Shown here: positions 54,996-64,000 of the stretch, in pieces | Position numbering within the stretch: position 1 is the first letter of the stretch | Layout of the letters: the number at the start of each line of letters is the position of its first letter | Source: Octopus vulgaris | Lineage: Eukaryota | Length of the DNA: 64,000 nucleotides | Reading direction: 5' to 3' | NCBI GenBank assembly: GCA_951406725.2 | Contig: OX597836.1 | Location: 14,756,001 to 14,820,000 of the forward strand | Program-made: the position numbers and the translations under genes | The notes under the pieces: model-generated | Databases searched by the model: none | The model's input: only the letters and a program-made list of their open reading frames with translations | What the model was told of the DNA's origin: nothing

Positions 54996-56050
54996 CATGT
55001 GTATATATATATATATATATATAAATATATATATCATATATCATATATATATATGTATGAATATACTACATATATATCATATATATATATATATACGTAT
55101 GAATCTGTATGTGTATGTGTACATACGTACATACGCATACACATATATATATTCATACATACATACACACAGACATGCCCTACATACATACATGCATACA
55201 TACATACACACACATACATACATACATACATACATACATACATACATACATACATACATACATACATACATACATACATACATACAACTTCTATATACAG
55301 ATTATAATTTCACGTTTATACTAATAATGATAAGTACACTTAATTTTGTGAGTAAATGCCTAAATGAGAATCTGGACGGGCTAGGATTTCCAGAAAAAAG
55401 AAATCAACCAACTGATTCGCAAAATTATAAATGCAATCTGTAAGTGGAACATTAAAAATATGCAAGACTTTCCTCAAGTTTAAAACGTGACATTGTTCTT
55501 GTTGTTGTCTACATTCGAACGATGGAGCTTCGTATCTTTGTTAGAAACCAGCTCATTACTCGGAGGAAAAATTTTAATGATTAAAAATCGAAGAGAACGT
55601 ACAAACGCATGTGTGTCTGTGTGTGTGAAGACTTTACATTTGATGTCGTGCGCAAATTTGCGTAGATTCATACATATGCTTGCAGACAGCAGGCATGTAT
55701 ATACGTCTGTAATTTGAGAATATATAGTTATCTATATACCCGTAACCATAACATACATATACATATTTTTATGCGTAAAAAATAAAGACGTTGATTCGCA
55801 TTCATACACAAAAATACACACTCAGAAACTGACACTTAAACACTTAAATACTCTCATACAACAGTATACACTCTTACATAGGAACTTTAAACATATGCTT
55901 ATACATACACACTCGCATGCACACACACACACACACATAGATGAATATATACACACATACAGATACACACACTGTCTGTCCCTGCATGTCCAAACTGCAT
56001 CAACGCAAGGAAATGCATATATATATATATATATGTGTGTGTGTGCGTGC

Positions 56051-56106
<56 letters not shown>

Positions 56107-56134
56107 GTATGTATGTATATATATACACACATAC

Positions 56135-56171
<37 letters not shown>

Positions 56172-56251
56172 CATATATATATACATATATATATATATAC
56201 ATATATGTATATATATGTATATATATATGTATATATGTATGTATATATATA

Positions 56252-56286
<35 letters not shown>

Positions 56287-56699
56287 GCATGCATACATAC
56301 ATACATGCATGCATACATATAAATATGAATATATGTGTGTGCGTATGTATAAAAGCACACACACACACGCGCGCATCTGCAGGCACACACACTCACACAA
56401 TTACATTTTATTCCCTTCCTCTTCACATACACTCACGCACACACACACACGTACTCACAAACACATGCACACACTTTCATTCCTTCCTCCACACAGATAC
56501 GCACACACACACACACACACACACCTTTCATTTTTCGCTTCTTACAAACACACGCGCACACATACACACACATACGCACACACAGACGAAAACGCAAACA
56601 CAAACACATGCAAACACACAGTCTTCCTTTCTTCCACACACTCACACACACATACACACATATACACTCATATGCACACATACACAAGCACGTACACAC

Positions 56700-56863
56700 A
56701 TACGCTTTTCCCTTTTTACAAATACATACACACACAAACACACACACACACACACACACATGCAAACAGACACATTCATACACACATGTACACACACACA
56801 TACGCACTTATATATACATACATAAAACCGTACACACACCCGCACTTTCTTCCCTTTTTACAA

Positions 56864-56894
<31 letters not shown>

Positions 56895-56979
56895 CATACA
56901 CATGTACGTACACACATACGTACTTATATATACATACATAAAGACGTACACACACCCGCACTTTCTTCCCTTTTTACAA

Positions 56980-57010
<31 letters not shown>

Positions 57011-57097
57011 CATACACACATGTACGTACACACATACGTACTTATATATACATACATAAAGACGTACACACACCCGCACTTTCTTCCCTTTTTACAA

Positions 57098-57134
<37 letters not shown>

Positions 57135-57230
57135 TTCATACACATGTACACACACACATACGTACTTATATATATACATACATAAAGACGTACACACACC
57201 CGCACTTTCTTCCCTTTTTACAAACGCAAA
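56700..57230. repeat. About 120-bp minisatellite built from CA/TA microsatellites
   Basis: CCCGCACTTTCTTCCCTTTTTACAAA recurs at about 56839, 56955, 57073 and 57198. Confidence 0.85.
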
Positions 57231-57737
57231 CACACACACACACACACACACACATACACATACACACACGCATATAGACACACTCACACACCTACACGCA
57301 CAAACATACAATAATAATAACGCCACATTTTTATTTTCAACTCTTGCCCGCAAATTCCGCCATCATCTAATCAAGCTCACAATGGTGGTTCCTCCCACCG
57401 TTACTCTTCTTCCAACCTTCCTTTTCTTATCATCGTCTACTCCTCCCTAACTCCCACCCCACCCCACCCCAACACCACCACCATATCCTATCATAACCTC
57501 AACCACCACCCACCCGCCATCTTCCATTCCCCCATCTATCGTCTGCTTTTTACCTCTTTCATCGTCTGCTTCTCCTGTTCACTCATCCCAGCTCGCTCAT
57601 ACAAACACTAAATACATGTTTTTAAAATTATTTTCTCTGAAGATGGCAGTTCTTTTATCAGCGAATTATTTTCAAAGAAAATATATTTTTCCTTTTATAT
57701 CTCCATCTATTTTTTGTTGTTATTATTATTATTATTA

Positions 57738-57795
<58 letters not shown>

Positions 57796-57875
57796 GGCTA
57801 TTTTTATTTCTTCTTTTGCATCGTCGTTCGTATATTATGTTATATTTTTGTGTATATTATTATTCTTTCGTATAT

Positions 57876-57920
<45 letters not shown>

Positions 57921-58576
57921 AATGCACATACACAAACACATATACATATGATTTCTTTCTTTTTTTTTTTTGGCTTTTACATGGTTAAAAAAGAATAAAT
58001 CTACCATATTTTTAATCATGGTTGCCTAAGACGGTTAAAACGTCTCACTTGCAATGTTTTCTTCATATACTAACAATAAAAAAAAGGAAGAAAATAAGAA
58101 AAGAAAGAAAGAAAGAAGCACAATCTCGTGATTTGATTTTATATTTTTACACTGTGAAGCCTAACTGCAGTTAAATGAAGCAAGCCTGGATAAGGAAATT
58201 AATACGTTATTGCCCGAAATATGATACAAGAGAACTTCCAAAAACCTTTAATATTCATATCATCATTTGACGGTGCAAATATTGTATTACATTAGCACAA
58301 AAGCCCCTCCCAAAATCCGAGAGAAGTAGTTCTTGGTCAATTGAATATGATTCTCTAATATGTTATTGGAACTTTATTTATCGACATCGGATGAATGAGA
58401 CGAAAATTATGGATAAGAAAATATGGATATGGTGAAAAAAAATTAATGGCGAATTATTGATAGGAATAACGATACAAGGGAACTTTTGAACTGATGTACA
58501 AAAATACAAGCAAAATCAATAAAACAGATACGGGATCGAACCCAGAACTATGCTGGTTCGACGATGAACTTCTTTA

Positions 58577-58619
<43 letters not shown>

Positions 58620-58848
58620 CTTTTATTCTTTTACCTGTTTCAGTTATGTGACTGCGGCCATGTTAGAGTACCACCTTTTAGTCGAATAAATGAACCCCAG
58701 GACTTATTCTTTGTAAGTCTGGTACTCTTTAAAGTTTCGCTCTCAGTTGTCGAATTGCTAAGGTACGGGGACATAAACGCAACAACACCGGTTGTCAAGC
58801 GGTGATGGGGGCACAAATACAGATACAAAGACACACAGACTTAAATAA

Positions 58849-58897
<49 letters not shown>

Positions 58898-58901
<4 letters not shown>

Positions 58902-60169
58902 GTCATCCCATAAGTTCTGTCCGAATTTTGAATAAAGAAAGCAAGTTATAAATTGTTATATTTAATTGAAATTTAATCATCAATGTACTTTCCCTGATTA
59001 TCTATGACTTCCTTCCATCTGTTTACAAGCTTTTTAATCTCATCAATGTAAAACTCTTTTGGTTTCAAAGCGAAGAATTCTGAAATGTCAGTTTCGACCT
59101 CCTGGCTTGCGAAAGTTATGTCCCCCAGATGATTCTGTAAACTACGAAACAAATGGTAGTCTGAAGGAGCAAGGTGGATGAGGTATTTTTTTCCAACAAA
59201 GCTATTCGATCTTCTGTGATGTGATCTTTGCAGTGTGGGGTCGCACATTGCCCTGATGAAACATCACTCCTTTTCGATTCACTAAAGCGGGTCTTTTTTC
59301 TTCAAAACTTGGTTCAAACGCTCTAATTGCTGACCATAGACTTGAGCATTGATTGTTGCATTAGGTGGTAACAATTCAAAGTGATTTACTCCTTTGCAAT
59401 CCCACCAGATAGAGAGAAGAACCTTTTTCCCATGAAGTTCCCTTCTCGGTTGTGGTTGAGTTTTTTTCCCTTTTACCAAGCCACTGTTTACGACATTTAA
59501 CATTTCGATAGAAAATCCATTTTTCGTCACCAGTCACAAGTCTGTACAAAAAGGGTGAAATAAGTTCGCCAGAATGGAGAGAAAAGCAGATGTCAACTCG
59601 GGATTTGCGATTACTTTCGGACAATTCACGAGGCACCCATTTCCCAAGTTTAAGAACCTTTCCGAAGTTGTTGAAGATGACGATGAACAGTTGTATGGTT
59701 TGAACTAAGCTTTATTGCTAATTCTTCAACTGATAATGCAGGATTTTCTTCAAGTAATGCCTCAAGGAGCTTATCATCAAACTCAACTGGACGTCCTGTT
59801 CGATCTTCATCTTCAAGGCTGAAATTTCCACTTCTGAATTTTGCAAACCATCTTCTGCAAGTTCTTTCTTTCAAGTATTCTTTCCCATAAACTGAGTGTA
59901 TGTTTTGAGTCGTTTCGGCTGCAGAGTTTCCTTTTTGTACTCATAAAGCATTATGTGCCTTAAACGCACTTTGGATACTTCCATGTTAGAAAAGGTTTTA
60001 ATCAAAGAAATTTTAATTCTATTATTCTGTAAAATAATATTTAATTAGTTTAAATGTACACAAATGCATAAAAATATTTTTTAAATTTTATTAGACATTC
60101 TAAAATACTATTAAATTTCATTCAATTTAGAAAAAGGTAAAATCGGACACAACTTATGGGATGACCTGA
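58898..60169 (-). mobile_element. Full-length decayed mariner transposon (1272 bp)
   Basis: TIRs TCAGGTCATCCCATAAGTT(C/G)TGTCCGA with TA on both sides; transposase pieces WFAKFRSG, WVPRELS, TGDEKW, LAPSDYHLF. Confidence 0.95.
58973..59984 (-). pseudogene. Mariner DD34D-type transposase pseudogene
   Basis: ATG at 59984 (MEVSKVRLRHIMLYEY); several frameshifts; second catalytic motif reads HQGNVRPH (D replaced by G). Confidence 0.9.
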
Positions 60170-60480
60170 TATATACGACGGGCTTCTTTCAGTTCCCCTC
60201 AGCCAAATCCACTCGCCAAGGCTTTGGTCGGCCCGAGGCTATAGAACAAGAAAGATATTTGACCAAGGTACCATGCAGTAGGACTGAACCGAGGACCATA
60301 TGTTTGGGAAGCAAGCTTCTTACCACACAGACACGTACATATTAATGTTTATTTTTATGTTCAGTTATCAGAAAGACAATTTTACATTTTTCTGGTGGAT
60401 TACTCCGTACTTTTGTAGAGCACAAATGTATTATTCTTACACATGAATGTCGATGACAGTGTCTTAGAAGTTTCAGAAAG

Positions 60481-61016
<536 letters not shown>

Positions 61017-61051
61017 GAAAAGAGAAAGTGAGAGAAAGATATATATATATG

Positions 61052-61136
<85 letters not shown>

Positions 61137-61183
61137 TATCGTCTAGTGGATGTTTTGCGTTCTTGTCCCATTTTGTATTTTTG

Positions 61184-61222
<39 letters not shown>

Positions 61223-61429
61223 CTGTGTATGTATTTTGCGTGAATTCAAAATAAATTTACGTATAGCGAAACGTACACAGGGACGCTATACAGAAAGATC
61301 ATAATAAAAACCCAAATAAAATGTTTCATACAGAAGGCAAATTCACACAGATATACTTGTAGCATCACCAGAAAATGATAGAAACACACATACGTACGTG
61401 CACTATGAACATAGACACACACGCACACG

Positions 61430-61472
<43 letters not shown>

Positions 61473-61715
61473 ACACGTACAAATACTCAAGACAAACACA
61501 AATACATGCAATTACATACAGTCACAGCTACGGTAATCCGAGCTCTATTGTCGTCTGCTGAACAATGGCGAACGATTTTTATTTGTTACCCTCTCCCTTT
61601 CTCTCACTCTCTCTCTCTCTCTGTCTCTCTTTATCTATCTATCCGTCTATCCGTATAATGTGTGTGTATCCATATATATATGTGTGTGTGTGTGTGAGAG
61701 AGAGAGAGCGAGAGA

Positions 61716-61860
61716 GAAGAAGAAGAAGAAGAAGAAGAAGAAGAAGAAGAAGAAGAAGAAGAAGAAGAAAAAGAAGAAGAAGAAGAAGAAGAAGAAGAAG
61801 AAGAAGAAGAAGAAGAAGAAGAAGAAGAAGAAGAAGAAGAAGAAGAAGAAGAAGAAGAAG
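61716..61860. repeat. (GAA)n microsatellite
   Basis: Read directly. Confidence 0.97.
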
Positions 61861-62473
61861 AGCCCGAGAGGTCCGGTATTGTGCCGCATGGTTATGAACT
61901 GTGGCGCTCATTACTTCTTGAGCTGAATTCAGAAGGCCAAATACGATTAAAGGTCGGGTAAGGAACACCGCTTCTTAGGATAAGCGTGGGCGCCTTTCTG
62001 TGACTGTTGCCTACCCTGATGAGCTTTATGCGCCAACTGAGCTGGAAGTTTTTTGGGGTTTTTGTGTTTTTTTTTTTTTTGCTTCCTTGGAGCAAAGTTT
62101 GTACCACTTGGTCCAGTCAACCACAGTACGCACAAGATCGTTCGGCTTGAGTTCAGCCCACTTCAGATTGGACTTTTGAGAGACTTCGGACACCATTGTT
62201 AGCTCCCTTTTTTGGTCTGACCGTAGTCGTGCAACATCGATATTCTTTTTGTATCTCTGCCGTAAGGCTTCATTTCCACACACGCCAGTTGAATTCTATT
62301 CGTCCCCAGTCGAAAGACATCTGTTGTTATGTCCTGTTATTATTATTTTTATTGTATTAATATTTGTGTAACATTGTCTGTTTTTCCATCCTTGTTTTTG
62401 TATCACCTAGCTGTCCAGATGTTCCATTTTGTATTTTATATATATAATATATAGCGGCGAACGTACACTTTGT

Positions 62474-62549
<76 letters not shown>

Positions 62550-62550
<1 letters not shown>

Positions 62551-63079
62551 TAGTGTATAAAAATTTATACACGGAGAGAAGACCACCATGTCAAAAAGGG
62601 AGTTCAAACCACGCATACTGGCCACTGGCAAATATTTTTAATAATTCTTACCCTGTATTTATATGGTTAAATATTTCGATTCTTCGGCCCGAATTTATTC
62701 GCCGCTGTACTCTTCTGACACGGTGCTTGGGGATAATTGATTTGAATTCTTGAAGTATAAAAACGGAACTAAATGTGCATGCGTTTTACTTCGTGTTTTT
62801 CGGTACGTATTATAGTTTCATAATTATGTATTTTCCAGCGACTATACTGATGAACCACGGATAGTTAATTAATGAATTGATTGACTAATTAATTGATGTA
62901 TTTGATCATTAAAGGAGAAACTCATGCGTATAGGTTTAACTGAGACTTTTATTCATTTAGATATCCTGCTCGCTTACAAGGATGCGTGCCTTAATGAAAA
63001 ATCTTTCTTTTCGTGGTTTGCGTTTTGACTGCTCTTTTCAACATGTAATTCTCTCCGTGTTGAAATTTTTATACACTAT
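62550..63079. mobile_element. 530-bp element bounded by about 30-bp inverted repeats
   Basis: TAGTGTATAAAAATTTATACACGGAGAGAA versus TTCTCTCCGTGTTGAAATTTTTATACACTA (2 mismatches), in TA-rich flanks. Confidence 0.7.
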
Positions 63080-63160
63080 TATATAGAAATATTTATGCTT
63101 TCTGACTTTATTTCACATGCTGACCACTGGTAAAAATTAGCATTAATAATTTTTACTCTG

Positions 63161-63191
<31 letters not shown>

Positions 63192-63231
63192 ATACATACA
63201 TACATACATACATACATGCATACATATACTC

Positions 63232-63600
63232 TTTACTTGTTTCAGTCATTTGACTGCGGCATGCTAGCACCGCCTTTAATCGAGTAACTCGACCCGGGAC
63301 TTATTCTTTTGTAAGCCCAGTACTTATTCTATCGGTCTCTTTTGCCGAACCGCTAAGTAACGGGGACATAAACACACCAGCATAAGCAATGCTAGGGGAA
63401 ACACAGACACACAAACACACACATGCACATATATATATATATATACGACGGGCTTCTTTTCAGTTTCCGTCAACCAAATCCACTCACAAGGCTTTGGTCG
63501 GCCCGAGGCTATAGTAGAAGACACTTGCCCAAGGTGCCACGCAGTGGGACTGAACCCGGAACCATGTGGTGGTAAGCAAGCTACCTACCACACAGCCACT
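63232..63600 (-). mobile_element. SINE family B, near full
   Basis: Reverse complement of the 60588 type. Confidence 0.9.
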
Positions 63601-63602
63601 AC

Positions 63603-63663
<61 letters not shown>

Positions 63664-63677
63664 ATATATATATATAT

Positions 63678-63865
63678 AGGGAGAATTCACAAAAAAAAAA
63701 CAAAAGACGAAGACAGGTGGTGTAGACAACAAACAGATGTATTAGTATAACGCTCGGGAAGTGAAAATTTTTTTAACGTTTCGAGCCTACGCTCTTCCAC
63801 AGAAAGGAACACAGAAAGAAACAAAGAGAGAAAATAAAGAATGTGCAGTGGCTAGCAATCTATCA
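63678..63865 (-). mobile_element. Short Penelope-type repeat with variant hammerhead-like motif (63772-63805)
   Basis: Reverse complement TTT-CTGTGGA-A-GAGC-GTAG-GCTC-GAAA-CGT-T-AAA; homologous to 15635-15790. Confidence 0.6.
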
Positions 63866-64000
63866 TATATATACACACGCTCATATATACTTACACATAT
63901 ATTAGTGGGGGCGAATGGATGGATCGATCGATCGATGTATGTGTATGTATATTTGGGGAACAACTTGGGGAGCATGTATATTTGGGGAACAACTTTTCTT

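Larger units (their letters stand above)
58625..60335 (-). mobile_element. SINE family B split by a mariner insertion
   Basis: Tail at 58625-58840, head at 60172-60335. Confidence 0.82.

Noticed and set aside
58973-59984. SETMAR-like host gene or active transposase
   Set aside because: TIR-bounded, frameshifted, catalytic Asp lost, no SET domain.
61860-62330. Possible LINE 3' fragment
   Set aside because: No motif I can assign with confidence.

Overview
AT-rich, apparently gene-free eukaryotic DNA. Microsatellite density and the recurring tRNA-headed SINE families suggest an octopod genome (inference from recall, not a search). Almost all ORF-track entries are microsatellite translations. 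Recognisable content: many SINEs of about 4 families, decayed LINE fragments (RTE, CR1-like, R4/Dong-like), two Penelope-like RT fragments, two Gypsy LTR-PBS-gag remnants, a full-length decayed mariner and an internally deleted Tigger/pogo element. The main finding is a tandem array of about 7.6 near-identical 480-bp units (1933-5560) inserted in (TA)n. Each junction carries a type I hammerhead ribozyme motif, and the array begins at the predicted self-cleavage site, i.e. a candidate non-LTR retrozyme (circRNA-producing) locus. Several further hammerhead-like motifs lie in Penelope-type repeats, one in a tRNA-headed SINE-like element. There are also several long hairpins and an apparent excess of YY1/Pho motifs. 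All structures were read by eye; nothing was folded, aligned or searched computationally.
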